This document shows positions 28,411-38,720 of a stretch of DNA of 64,000 bases, piece after piece (within the stretch, counting starts at the first letter, position 1; every line of letters begins with the position of its first letter). The DNA is from Nitrospinaceae bacterium (GTDB lineage: Bacteria > Nitrospinota > Nitrospinia > Nitrospinales > Nitrospinaceae). The translations under genes were made by a program, and so were the position numbers. The DNA lies in assembly GCA_965223665.1 (NCBI GenBank), contig OZ245011.1:3360001-3424000 (forward strand), written 5' to 3'. A model generated the notes under the pieces. That model saw only the letters and a list, made by a program, of their open reading frames with translations. It was not told the DNA's origin and searched no databases.

Positions 28411-28457
28411 TTTACAAAAAACTAACAGAAAATTTTTGGGTTCACATCAAATTCTTA
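28411..28457 (+). promoter_or_regulatory. Putative Pho boxes upstream of phoB
   Basis: TTTACA/CTAACA at 11-nt spacing (28411, 28422) and TTCACA/TTCTTA (28441, 28452). Confidence 0.4.
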
Positions 28458-28528
28458 TGCAAATGCTACTAAATTCAAACAAAATTTCCATTCAATGGTA
28501 AGCTCATATAAGACAAACCGGAGGAAAT

Positions 28529-29224
28529 ATGTCTAGAGAACAAATTTTAGTAGTAGAAGATGAAGAGGATATCCTGGAACTGATACAGTATAATTTGGCA
28601 AGAGAAGGCTATAAGGTAGCCTGTGTGGAAACTGGAGAGCAGGGTCTCCAAACCGCTAAAAATGAGAATCCGCAATTAATCGTACTAGATCTTATGTTAC
28701 CAGGAATTGATGGACTTGAAGTTTGCCGGAACCTAAAAAGTAATTCTAAGACACGTCATATTCCCATAATTATGGTTACGGCGAAAGGAGAGGAATCTGA
28801 TGTAGTTGCTGGTTTAGAGTTGGGAGCCGATGATTATATTACCAAGCCTTTTAGCCCACGAGTGTTTATTAGCAGAATTAAAGCGGTTCTCCGTCGACAA
28901 AAAGACCCTAAAGCCCCCAATGATGAAGTTATTCAGATAGGAGATCTGCTAATTCATCCTGGAAGACATGAGGTAAGAGTTCAAAATAAGCCAGTGAATC
29001 TAACGTTTACAGAATTTAAAATTCTACATATTTTAGCAATGCGGCCTGGGTGGGTATTTACTCGAGGTCAGATTGTAGATGCCATCCGAGGAGAAGATCA
29101 CGCTGTGACAGATCGTTCGGTGGATTTTCAAATTGTGGGTTTACGAAAAAAACTAGAATCTTGTGCCCAATATATTGAGACGGTTCGTGGCGTAGGATAC
29201 CGGTTTCAAGAAGAAATATGTTAA
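28529..29224 (+). CDS. phoB: Phosphate regulon response regulator (OmpR family)
   Basis: VVEDE, LDLMLP, GADDYITKPF, ETVRGVGYR; heads the pho/pst cluster. Confidence 0.88.
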   Translation: MSREQILVVEDEEDILELIQYNLAREGYKVACVETGEQGLQTAKNENPQLIVLDLMLPGIDGLEVCRNLKSNSKTRHIPIIMVTAKGEESDVVAGLELGADDYITKPFSPRVFISRIKAVLRRQKDPKAPNDEVIQIGDLLIHPGRHEVRVQNKPVNLTFTEFKILHILAMRPGWVFTRGQIVDAIRGEDHAVTDRSVDFQIVGLRKKLESCAQYIETVRGVGYRFQEEIC

Positions 29225-31014
29225 GAAGAAACCTTTTTCAACAATTATACCCTTCCTATTTACTTCTAATTATTATCTCTTTGAGCGCTATTGGGTGGTA
29301 TACCGTCAGTTCCCTGAAGGATTTTTATTACCAACAAACCATTAAAAACCTGGAATCTCATGCCGAGTTTTTAAAACAAGAGATTCCCCCTCTGTTGGAA
29401 AGCTCACAAAAAGAACTTCAGAAAATTTGTGAAACCTTTGGTCATTCAAGAGAAATCCGAGTGACCTTAATTTCAATCGACGGAAAGGTATTGGGAGATT
29501 CTGAAGAGGATCCGCTGCGTATGGATAATCATTCGGATCGACCAGAATTTGTTAAGGCCTTGTCAGGGGAAATGGGATCTTCTATTCGTCCAAGCAAAAC
29601 ATTAAAAACGGATCTTTTGTATGTTGCAGTTCCAATAGATAATAATGGTCAGGTTGCGGGGGTAGTTCGGACATCTATTCCTCTTACAATTTTGGATGAA
29701 GCCTTAAAAGATTTGATATGGAAAATTATTTTGGCCGGAGTATTAATCGCACTTGTAGCTACTCCCATAAGTTTGTATATATCTCGCAAAATCAGTCAAC
29801 CTCTCTCCATAATGAGAAAAAATGCGGTTCGTTTTGCAGGGGGAGATTTTGGTTCGCGCATTCAAGTGCAGGGTACAGAGGATGTTATGAGCTTGGCAAA
29901 AACTCTTAACCAAATGGCGGCCCAGTTAAATGAACGGATTCAGATGATCACTTCTCAAAGGAATGAACAGGAAGCGATATTAACCAGTATGGTAGAAGGG
30001 GTTATTGCTGTAGACTCTGAGGAAAATGTAATTAGTATTAACCAAGCCGCAGCGCATCTTATAGGAACCCCTCCTGAACAAGCCCAGGGACGAAGTGTGC
30101 AAACCGTAATCAGGAATATTCAATTACAGGAATTTGTTCAGCGAATCTTAAAAAGTGAGCAAACTTTAGAAGAAGATATTGTATTCCATAATATTGAAGC
30201 TGAACGTAATTTGCAGGCCGTAGGTAACGTTTTACGGGATTCACAGAATCAAGCTGTAGGTGCCGTTATTGTTTTAAATGATGTAACACGGTTGCGTCGT
30301 TTAGAAACGGTCCGGCGGGATTTTGTTGCCAATGTTTCTCACGAATTAAAAACTCCCATTACTTCTATTAAGGGTTTTGTTGAAACTTTGTTAAATGGCG
30401 CAAAAGAAAACCCTGATGATACGGTTCGTTTTTTGAGAATAGTGGCTAAACAAGCAGACCGTTTGAATTCGATTATTGAGGATCTATTAAGTTTATCCAG
30501 AATAGAGCAAGATGCAGAAAAAGAAGGAATAAAAGTGGAAAATAGTCAGTTAAAACCTATTTTTGAATCCGCTATTTTAGATAGTAATGCAAAGGCAACT
30601 GATAAAAATATTCAAGTGAAATTAGAATGCGATCCCAATCTACGTCTGATGATTAATTCTGCACTTATGGAACAAGCTGTTTCTAATTTGGTTGATAATG
30701 CCATTAAATACAGTGATGATTCCAGTACGGTTGAAGGGGGTGCTCGAATTGAAAATAAAAGCATTATTATTTATGTAAAGGATCAGGGGCAAGGAATAGC
30801 TAAAGAGCATTTACCTCGCTTATTTGAGCGGTTTTATAGAGTCGATAAAGCCCGTAGCCGAAAATTGGGTGGCACTGGCTTGGGCCTTGCAATTGTCAAA
30901 CATATTGCCCAGGCACATGGTGGTGAAGTCAGCGTCGAGAGCAACTTAGGACAGGGCAGTACATTCAAAATCCTCCTTCCGGACCACAAACTCTCTGAAA
31001 TTTCGAAAGTTTAA
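29218..31014 (+). CDS. phoR: Phosphate regulon sensor histidine kinase (HAMP-PAS-HisKA-HATPase)
   Basis: NH..RPE, RRDFVANVSHELKTP, NLVDNAIKY, FERFYRVDKARSR, GTGLGLAIVKH. Confidence 0.92.
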   Translation: MLRRNLFQQLYPSYLLLIIISLSAIGWYTVSSLKDFYYQQTIKNLESHAEFLKQEIPPLLESSQKELQKICETFGHSREIRVTLISIDGKVLGDSEEDPLRMDNHSDRPEFVKALSGEMGSSIRPSKTLKTDLLYVAVPIDNNGQVAGVVRTSIPLTILDEALKDLIWKIILAGVLIALVATPISLYISRKISQPLSIMRKNAVRFAGGDFGSRIQVQGTEDVMSLAKTLNQMAAQLNERIQMITSQRNEQEAILTSMVEGVIAVDSEENVISINQAAAHLIGTPPEQAQGRSVQTVIRNIQLQEFVQRILKSEQTLEEDIVFHNIEAERNLQAVGNVLRDSQNQAVGAVIVLNDVTRLRRLETVRRDFVANVSHELKTPITSIKGFVETLLNGAKENPDDTVRFLRIVAKQADRLNSIIEDLLSLSRIEQDAEKEGIKVENSQLKPIFESAILDSNAKATDKNIQVKLECDPNLRLMINSALMEQAVSNLVDNAIKYSDDSSTVEGGARIENKSIIIYVKDQGQGIAKEHLPRLFERFYRVDKARSRKLGGTGLGLAIVKHIAQAHGGEVSVESNLGQGSTFKILLPDHKLSEISKV

Positions 31015-31117
31015 AATTTGGTGGGTTTTTAATCAAACCAAATTCAAATCTTCTTCTCATTTCAAAATAATCTCCAATTCATATTATTTGGGTGTTAGGG
31101 CGTGGTGTGATTGAAAT

Positions 31118-31146
31118 TTAACCTTTCCCTAATGAAAATCTAATAA
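31118..31146 (+). promoter_or_regulatory. Putative Pho boxes upstream of pstS
   Basis: TTAAC, CTAAT, CTAAT units at exact 11-nt period (31118, 31129, 31140). Confidence 0.5.
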
Positions 31147-31189
31147 ATAATTATTAGGCTGAATGAAATAAAATTAGGAGAATTTGAAA

Positions 31190-32188
31190 ATGAAGAAACC
31201 AAACCTTTTTGTGACCCTATTGAGCATTTGTTTTATAGGCACATCCCTTGTAAATTCGGCATGGAGTGGAACGGTCCAAGTGGATCCTTCAATTGCCGGT
31301 TACAAAAAAGTACAGGGTATCAGTGGAAATCTTTCCAGCGTAGGTTCTGACACACTTAACAACCTCATGACATTTTGGACGGAAAAGTTTCGTGAATTTT
31401 ATCCAAATGTAAATATTCAGGTAGAAGGAAAAGGATCTTCAACGGCTCCACCAGCCTTAATTTCAGCGGTTTCCCAATTAGGACCCATGTCACGGCAAAT
31501 GAAATCCTCTGAAATGGATAAATTTGAAAAGAAGTTTGGTTATAAACCTACAAAAGTTCGTGTTGCTATAGATTCTTTGGCGGTTTTTGTTAATAAAGAT
31601 AATCCAATCAAGGGGCTTTCTTTAGAACAGGTCGATTCAATTTTTTCTAAAACTCTCAAACGTGGCGGAAAAGATGCGATGACATGGGGAGATGTAGGTT
31701 TAACTGGATCTTGGGCCTCTCAACCGATTAGTTTATATGGACGAAACTCTGCTTCAGGAACCTACGGGTTTTTTAAGAAAAAAGCTCTTAAAAAAGGGGA
31801 CTACAAAAGCACAGTTAAAGAACAACCTGGCTCTGCCTCAGTGGTTTTAAGTGTAAGTGTTGATCCTTATTCCATTGGTTATAGTGGCATAGGTTATAAA
31901 ACTGCAGGCGTTCGTGCTTTACCATTGAGTGAAAAATCAGGTGAACCTTTTGTTGAAGCAAAGGCAGAAAACGCCTTGTCAGGAGATTATCCTTTAGCTC
32001 GTTTCCTTTATATTTATGTGAATAAGGCTCCAGGAAAACCTTTAGATCCATTAACACTTGAATTCTTAAAAATGGTTCTTTCTAAAGAAGGTCAAGAAGT
32101 TGTTGTTAAAGGAGGATATTATCCATTGCCTAATGCTGCAACTCAAGAAGATATAAGTGCACTTACCGGCTCTTCTTTAACAAATTAA
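31190..32188 (+). CDS. pstS: Phosphate ABC transporter substrate-binding protein
   Basis: [39 protein letters not shown] before ATG at 31190. Confidence 0.93.
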   Translation: MKKPNLFVTLLSICFIGTSLVNSAWSGTVQVDPSIAGYKKVQGISGNLSSVGSDTLNNLMTFWTEKFREFYPNVNIQVEGKGSSTAPPALISAVSQLGPMSRQMKSSEMDKFEKKFGYKPTKVRVAIDSLAVFVNKDNPIKGLSLEQVDSIFSKTLKRGGKDAMTWGDVGLTGSWASQPISLYGRNSASGTYGFFKKKALKKGDYKSTVKEQPGSASVVLSVSVDPYSIGYSGIGYKTAGVRALPLSEKSGEPFVEAKAENALSGDYPLARFLYIYVNKAPGKPLDPLTLEFLKMVLSKEGQEVVVKGGYYPLPNAATQEDISALTGSSLTN

Positions 32189-32189
32189 G

Positions 32190-34454
32190 ATGAGCAAGAG
32201 CCTATCAGGAAATACTGAATCATTATCGCAATTTGAGGGAAAAGGAATTTCCCAGATTTTGCGATGGCGTCTATCAAAAGACCGTATGGCGACCCGTGTA
32301 GTGGTTGTCAGCGGTCTTTCAATTATTTTTGTGATTCTTGCGATCTTTTTTGTTATAGCCGCTGAAGTATTTCCTTTATTTAAAGCTCCGAAGCTAACTC
32401 CACTCACGGATATGGACTTACAAATTTCCTCTTCCCCTTTAGCATTCGGTGTAGATGAATATCAAGAAGTTGTTTACGTTGTAACAAAATCAGAAGTAAA
32501 ATTTTTTTCTATAAAAAAAAATCAAAGCTATAGCCCGGTGTCATTGCCGGGTTTAGGGGATTCTAAAATTGTTGCTGCTTCTTCTCCTTTCTATAACTCT
32601 ATTGTTCTTAGTTTGTCTGATGGTAGAGTCCTTCCCGTTCAAATTGATTTTCGCGTTAGTTACGCAAATGACCAACGTGAAGTAATTGGAAGTTTTAAAT
32701 CGAATTCTCCCCTAAATTTAAGTTCAAGTGAAAAGCCAATTACGCTTTTATCTCATATAAAAAATGAGGATGGATTTTGGATTGCAGGGGTTACTGGAAA
32801 TCATAATCTTTCAGTAGTTGAAATTACGCAAAAGAAAACTTTGATGGGAACCATCAAACAAAAAGAGAGTCGAAGTGAATTTGTAATTCCCAACAAGGGA
32901 AAAATTACAGCGCTCGCTATGGGTCAGAACCCTGACCGTGTATATATTGGAACCGAATCCGGTCAAATAATTGCAGTCAATCTCAACCCTCGTGAAGGAG
33001 TCGATGAAATTGAAACACTTGGAGCAGTTTCTGACAGTACCAGTGGGGTTGCGGGATTTGGGTTTTTAAAGGGAGGAATGACCCTGGTTGCAATGGATAA
33101 TTCTGGTGGATTATCGAGCTTTCATTTTCAAAGAGGTGAAGATAATAGATATCGAATGGAAAGAGTGTATCAGTTTGAACCTCATTCCGCTTCACCCACA
33201 ATTTTTGCTGCCTCTCAAAGGAATAAAGGTTTTATCACTGGAGACGCAACGGGGACAATAAAATATCATTACGGAACATCCGGAGAAACGCAATATGCAA
33301 TTGAAATAGGGGATGATCTGTCTCTTCAGAAAGCTTTATTGGCTCCTAAAGATAACGGAATATTGGCAATTAATGAAAAGGGGCAACTTAAAAGATGGAT
33401 GGTAGAAAATCATCACCCTGACATCACTTTGAATACTCTTTTCAATGAAGTGAAGTATGAAGGATATCCTGAGCCCGATTATGTTTGGCAATCCACCGGG
33501 GGTACAGATGATTTTGAATCAAAAATTAGTTTAACCCCGCTTATCTTTGGAACTTTAAAAGGAACATTCTATGCCATGTTAGTTGCGATTCCGATTGCAT
33601 TGTTTGGTGCTTTTTATGCTTCGCAATTTATGAATCCGTCTCTAATGGGTGTGGTGAAACCAACCGTGGAATTTATGGCAGCCATTCCCAGTGTGGTTTT
33701 AGGATTTTTTGGGGCATTGTGGCTTTCTCCAAGGGTTGAGACTTTATTGCCTTCCATAATAATTTTTCCTTTTGTTACAGCAGGCTTAGTTTATTTGTAC
33801 CAATGGGCCGGAGATCGATTCACCTGGCGCTCATCTTCGGAAAAAAATTCCATAAAAGATTTTTGGATTTTGATTTTTATAGTTTTGATTGGAAGTCTAA
33901 TTGCTTATATGGCAGGACCAATTTTTGAATCTAATTTTTTTGATGGAAATTATAAAACCTGGTTGCGGGAAACCTTGGGTTTGGGCTTCGACCAAAGGAA
34001 TTCTTTGATCGTCGGATTAGCGATGGGTTTTGCGGTGATTCCAATTATTTTTACCATTGCGGAAGATTCTTTATCTAACGTTCCCAGACATCTCACTGCT
34101 GCTTCTTTAGCCGTAGGGGCAACTCCTTGGCAAACGGCTATGCAAGTTGTGTTGCCAGCAGCAATTCCGGGAATTTTTTCTGCAGTGATGATTGGTTTGG
34201 GTCGGGCAGTTGGGGAAACAATGATTGTGTTAATGGCGACTGGAAATACTCCTATTTTGGATTGGAATATTTTTAACGGATTTCGGGCCATGTCAGCAAA
34301 CATTGCTGTGGAACTACCCGAAGCCCCTGAAGGGGAAACTTTGTTTCGGGTATTATTTTTGACCGCATTAATTTTATATTTCATCACTTTTATTTTTAAT
34401 TCCTTGGCCGAATGGGTTCGATTGCGACTTAGAAAGAAATATCAATTGTTATGA
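32190..34454 (+). CDS. pstC: Phosphate ABC transporter permease PstC with large periplasmic domain
   Basis: LIFGTLK, AAIPSVV, GLGRAVGETMIV; about 400-aa insertion after the first TM helix. Confidence 0.9.
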   Translation: MSKSLSGNTESLSQFEGKGISQILRWRLSKDRMATRVVVVSGLSIIFVILAIFFVIAAEVFPLFKAPKLTPLTDMDLQISSSPLAFGVDEYQEVVYVVTKSEVKFFSIKKNQSYSPVSLPGLGDSKIVAASSPFYNSIVLSLSDGRVLPVQIDFRVSYANDQREVIGSFKSNSPLNLSSSEKPITLLSHIKNEDGFWIAGVTGNHNLSVVEITQKKTLMGTIKQKESRSEFVIPNKGKITALAMGQNPDRVYIGTESGQIIAVNLNPREGVDEIETLGAVSDSTSGVAGFGFLKGGMTLVAMDNSGGLSSFHFQRGEDNRYRMERVYQFEPHSASPTIFAASQRNKGFITGDATGTIKYHYGTSGETQYAIEIGDDLSLQKALLAPKDNGILAINEKGQLKRWMVENHHPDITLNTLFNEVKYEGYPEPDYVWQSTGGTDDFESKISLTPLIFGTLKGTFYAMLVAIPIALFGAFYASQFMNPSLMGVVKPTVEFMAAIPSVVLGFFGALWLSPRVETLLPSIIIFPFVTAGLVYLYQWAGDRFTWRSSSEKNSIKDFWILIFIVLIGSLIAYMAGPIFESNFFDGNYKTWLRETLGLGFDQRNSLIVGLAMGFAVIPIIFTIAEDSLSNVPRHLTAASLAVGATPWQTAMQVVLPAAIPGIFSAVMIGLGRAVGETMIVLMATGNTPILDWNIFNGFRAMSANIAVELPEAPEGETLFRVLFLTALILYFITFIFNSLAEWVRLRLRKKYQLL

Positions 34455-36070
34455 ATAAATTTTGGACACGCGGTGAATTTTTAATTTTGTTCACAGGGTC
34501 AGTATTGGCTTTGTCAATGGTCCTTTTGTGTGGTTTGATCATAGTGTTATTTGCGAACGGATTGAGCCATTTTGTTCCAAGTGATATTGCTTTATTTAAA
34601 TTAAATGATGGAAAAGTCGTGATGGGGGAATTGACGGATCGAGAAAAAGTATTTAATTCCACCGGGGACGAATCTAAAGAAAATTTATATCGAATACAAA
34701 TTAAAAGAGCGAATCGAGATGTTTATGGTCAGGATTTTACCTGGATTGATGAATCTCAGGTGAAAGAAAAATCATTTCCTGATGATGTAACTGTTTTTGA
34801 AAGGACTGAATGGGGAAACTTTTTTGGATGGGCGAAAGAAATTTGGGACGGGAATAAGCTTTTGTCGAAGGAACCCACTAAAGTGTTAAGCCTTATAGAA
34901 GAGAAATTACCGGAAGTGAAATCGGTTGTTGATCAAATCCATCATATTCAAAAAAACGAAATTGGAAGAGTGAACTATTATTTAGAAAAAAGCCGCCTTA
35001 AAATTAAAAAACTTTCTCTTAAGGGAATTAATACGGGTGATGATATTGATGAATTGAATAAGGAAATTAAAGATTGGAGCAGACAATATCAGGCCTATGA
35101 AAAAGAGTTATTGAAATTACGTACCTCATTAACCGAGCGTGCGGTGGTGGAAACTGTTGAAGGACAAAAGATAAGTTTACCTTTAAGTTCGATACTAAAA
35201 GTATATCAGCCGAATACCTATGGTATTTTTTCTAAGATAAGTTTTGGTTTTGAAAAAGCCTGGAATTTTATATCTATGGATCCCCGAGAATCCAATACTG
35301 AGGGAGGTGTATTCCCCGCATTATTTGGAACGGTGTTTATGGTTTTGATCATGAGCATGGTGGTCACTCCATTTGGTGTGCTTGCAGCTATTTTCTTAAG
35401 AGAATATGCGAAACAAGGGACCATGATTAGTATGGTACGGATTGCAGTAAATAATTTAGCCGGCGTTCCTTCGATTGTTTTCGGTGTTTTTGGAGTTGGT
35501 TTTTTTATTTACTTTGTCGGTGGAACAATCGACCAAGTATTTTTTCCTGAAGCTTTGCCCACTCCAACATATGGAACGGGTGGGATTCTTTGGGCTTCTT
35601 TGACCTTAGCTTTATTGACGGTTCCTGTAGTTATTGTAACAACAGAGGAGGGGCTTTCTGCCGTTTCCCAAGGAATTCGAGAGGCAAGTTTAGCAGTAGG
35701 TTCTACAAAATTTGAAACTTTGAAAAATGTAGTGCTGCCGGCCGTAATGCCTTCGGTTTTGACTGGGCTAATTTTGGCGATGGCACGTGCGGCAGGGGAA
35801 GTGGCTCCATTAATGATAACTGGAGTTGTAAAAATGGCACCTTCGCTACCGATGGATTCCTTTTTTCCTTTCATTCATTTAGACCGAAAGTTTATGCATT
35901 TAGGATTTCATATTTTTGATGTTGGTTTTCAGTCACCTAATATAGATGCAGCAAAACCTATGGTATATACGACTACATTATTACTCTTGGGTCTTATACT
36001 AATACTAAACAGTTTAGCCATTGCTCTTAGGACTCGTCTGAGAAGAAAGTTGCGGGTTTCCAATATTTAA
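34451..36070 (+). CDS. pstA: Phosphate ABC transporter permease PstA with periplasmic extension
   Basis: [34 protein letters not shown]. Confidence 0.92.
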   Translation: MNKFWTRGEFLILFTGSVLALSMVLLCGLIIVLFANGLSHFVPSDIALFKLNDGKVVMGELTDREKVFNSTGDESKENLYRIQIKRANRDVYGQDFTWIDESQVKEKSFPDDVTVFERTEWGNFFGWAKEIWDGNKLLSKEPTKVLSLIEEKLPEVKSVVDQIHHIQKNEIGRVNYYLEKSRLKIKKLSLKGINTGDDIDELNKEIKDWSRQYQAYEKELLKLRTSLTERAVVETVEGQKISLPLSSILKVYQPNTYGIFSKISFGFEKAWNFISMDPRESNTEGGVFPALFGTVFMVLIMSMVVTPFGVLAAIFLREYAKQGTMISMVRIAVNNLAGVPSIVFGVFGVGFFIYFVGGTIDQVFFPEALPTPTYGTGGILWASLTLALLTVPVVIVTTEEGLSAVSQGIREASLAVGSTKFETLKNVVLPAVMPSVLTGLILAMARAAGEVAPLMITGVVKMAPSLPMDSFFPFIHLDRKFMHLGFHIFDVGFQSPNIDAAKPMVYTTTLLLLGLILILNSLAIALRTRLRRKLRVSNI

Positions 36071-36084
36071 TAGAGGGATATATA

Positions 36085-36957
36085 ATGGACTTAGCCAAAA
36101 AAAAACAGATTCCGTTACCTAATTTTGTTGAATTGGACGGTCCGGAAACAAAAGAAGCGGATTTTAATACGAGAAATTTTCCAATGTATCAACCAGAAGA
36201 AATGAATATTATCGTAAATATAAAGAACTTGGATTTGTTTTACGATACCAAGCAAGCCTTATACAAAGTGAATATGGACATTCCAAGTAAAAAAATAACG
36301 GCTTTTATTGGTCCATCAGGATGTGGAAAGTCAACTTTGTTGCGTTGTGTGAATCGTATGAATGATTTAGTTGATTCTGCAAGTTTAAGTGGACAAGTCC
36401 TAATTAACGGAAAAGATATATATGAGCCAAATTTAGAGGTGAGTGAATTGAGAAGGCGGGTTGGAATGGTTTTTCAAAAGTCGAACCCTTTTCCTAAATC
36501 TATCTATGATAATATTGCTTATGGTCCCCGAATTCATGGGATAAAAAACAAAAATGAATTAGACGAAATAGTTGAAAGAAGTCTTAAAGGCGCTGCTCTT
36601 TGGGATGAGGTTAAAGATCGTTTAAAAGATAATGCTTTAGGTTTGTCAGGAGGTCAGCAACAAAGGCTTTGCATAGCCAGGGCAATTGCAGTAGAACCGG
36701 AAATTCTTTTAATGGACGAACCTTGTTCGGCTTTGGATCCCTTGGCAACGGCTAAAATTGAGGAATTAATGGTTAATTTAAAAGAAGATTTCACTATTGT
36801 GTTGGTGACCCATAATATGCAGCAGGCTGCCCGGGTTTCTGATTATACCGGATTTATGTTGATGGGAAAGCTAATTGAGTTTGGGAAAACGGATGAGATT
36901 TTCACTAAACCGGAGAAAAAAGAAACTGAAGATTATATTACTGGACGATTTGGCTAA
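36085..36957 (+). CDS. pstB: Phosphate ABC transporter ATP-binding protein
   Basis: [35 protein letters not shown]. Confidence 0.96.
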   Translation: MDLAKKKQIPLPNFVELDGPETKEADFNTRNFPMYQPEEMNIIVNIKNLDLFYDTKQALYKVNMDIPSKKITAFIGPSGCGKSTLLRCVNRMNDLVDSASLSGQVLINGKDIYEPNLEVSELRRRVGMVFQKSNPFPKSIYDNIAYGPRIHGIKNKNELDEIVERSLKGAALWDEVKDRLKDNALGLSGGQQQRLCIARAIAVEPEILLMDEPCSALDPLATAKIEELMVNLKEDFTIVLVTHNMQQAARVSDYTGFMLMGKLIEFGKTDEIFTKPEKKETEDYITGRFG

Positions 36958-36970
36958 AAGAGAGTGAATC

Positions 36971-37702
36971 ATGGCTAGACATACAAAACATTTTGAACGT
37001 TCCATGGAAAAATTAAAAAAATTGATCCATTCCCTGGGTGCTCAGGTTGAGGAATCTGTTGAAAGAAGTATCCGATCTCTCACCCAAAGGGACGTACGAC
37101 TGGGTAAACAGGTAATAAACGGTGATGATAAAATTGACCAAAGCGAAGTAGAACTTGAAGAAGAATGTTTGAAAGTAATGGCGCTTTATCAGCCGGTTGC
37201 AAATGACTTACGTTGGGTGGTTTCTATTTTAAAAATTAATAATGACCTGGAGCGAATTGGGGATTTAGCGGTCAATATTGCCGAGCGCGCTATTCACTTG
37301 GCCAAACAAGAAGAAATCCCTATTACCCTGGAGTTTACAGAAATGAGTCAGACTGTTTTAGATATGCTTCGTTACAGTCTTGATGCATTGATCAATTTAG
37401 ATGATGATTGGGCTCGTAAAGTTTGTGTTATGGATGACCGTGTGGATGAACTCAATCGAAAAATGTATGATCATTTCGAATCCTGGTTGAGAGAAAATCC
37501 TTTAGCTGTCAATAACCATATAAATTTATTATCGGCTTCGCGTTACTTGGAACGCATTGCAGATCATGCTACAAATATATGCGAAGATATCATATATATG
37601 GTGAGTGGAAAAATTGTACGGCATCGCAAAGAAGCTATGTACTATCCTGAAAACGGTAACAACGGTGAAAATAAAAAAACCAAGAAAATAAAGGAAAGCT
37701 AA
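36971..37702 (+). CDS. phoU: Phosphate signalling protein PhoU
   Basis: QPVANDLR, DLERIGDLAVNIA, LERIADHATNICE. Confidence 0.95.
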   Translation: MARHTKHFERSMEKLKKLIHSLGAQVEESVERSIRSLTQRDVRLGKQVINGDDKIDQSEVELEEECLKVMALYQPVANDLRWVVSILKINNDLERIGDLAVNIAERAIHLAKQEEIPITLEFTEMSQTVLDMLRYSLDALINLDDDWARKVCVMDDRVDELNRKMYDHFESWLRENPLAVNNHINLLSASRYLERIADHATNICEDIIYMVSGKIVRHRKEAMYYPENGNNGENKKTKKIKES

Positions 37703-38307
37703 CGGACGTTTCTCACTGCACGAACCCCACCATTTGTACAACTGCTTAGACGGCGAACATTGGAAAATCCTTTAACAAAATAATAAGAATAAGCACAACA
37801 ATCGGTAAGATCCGTTTCTGCCCTTTCTCCTGTCCAATACCAGTAGGCTGACCCTTTTGCAAATAGTTTTGACAGATGTAAAGGATTGTCAGGGTCCTGA
37901 TCCCAGGCTAATACATTTTCAATCGTGTCATCATAAATGCCGTATAGTTCTAAAACTGTTGGCATTCTCCAATCTGTATACCCTCCAGTTTTTAAATCTT
38001 TTACATACTTCTCTGATTGATGCCAATTTAAGCATATACCTAATTCCGCATAGCTGTCCTTTTGTGTCCACATGAGTCCGTGGTTATCTGTGATCGTGCC
38101 ATCATGGTTGTTAGTTAAAATTACCCTTGGAGGGGGTGGAGGTGGGGGAACATACTGGGGGGCTTCAAAGGGGGTTCGAGATTTATAAGGTGTAAAGTCA
38201 TTAGCTAAAGATAAAGAAATAAAAATTAACTGAATAAATGCAAAATAAATAGCCAGAAAAAAAGATTTATGAAGCTTTACTTTTGATGATTTAAATAAAA
38301 AAATCAT
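37699..38307 (-). CDS. Exported DUF1566 (Lcl-C-like) domain protein
   Basis: NHDGTITD..GLMW, GGYTDWRMPT..EL, VRAVR; polyproline linker. Confidence 0.85.
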   Translation of the reverse strand: MIFLFKSSKVKLHKSFFLAIYFAFIQLIFISLSLANDFTPYKSRTPFEAPQYVPPPPPPPRVILTNNHDGTITDNHGLMWTQKDSYAELGICLNWHQSEKYVKDLKTGGYTDWRMPTVLELYGIYDDTIENVLAWDQDPDNPLHLSKLFAKGSAYWYWTGERAETDLTDCCAYSYYFVKGFSNVRRLSSCTNGGVRAVRNVR

Positions 38308-38394
38308 TTCTACCTTTATCTATTTATTTGGTGCATTGTATACTTTCAAAATTGGAAAGACAACTCTACCCAGTATATTCAGAATAATTTATTA

Positions 38395-38709
38395 ATGTCT
38401 AAAATCTTTGTTTGTAAAACTAAAGAGTTATCCCTTGACGGTGGAATAACTATTGATATGGAAGATAGAACCATTGCTTTATTCAGTTTAGATGGCAAGA
38501 TATATGCGATTGATGATTTTTGCCGACACCGTGGTGGGCATTTAGGAGAAGGAACGTTGCGGGAAGAAATTGTTGCATGCCCATTACATGGATGGCGTTA
38601 TAATATCACTAATGGCGAATGTCTTTCTCATCCCAAAGGAGATGTTCAAAGTTATCCAGTAATAGTAGAAAACGAAAATGTGTACTTGTTATTAAAAGAA
38701 ATTATCTAA
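38395..38709 (+). CDS. Rieske [2Fe-2S] ferredoxin (NirD-like)
   Basis: CRHRGG and CPLHGW. Confidence 0.88.
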   Translation: MSKIFVCKTKELSLDGGITIDMEDRTIALFSLDGKIYAIDDFCRHRGGHLGEGTLREEIVACPLHGWRYNITNGECLSHPKGDVQSYPVIVENENVYLLLKEII

Positions 38710-38720
38710 AATTTAAACGG

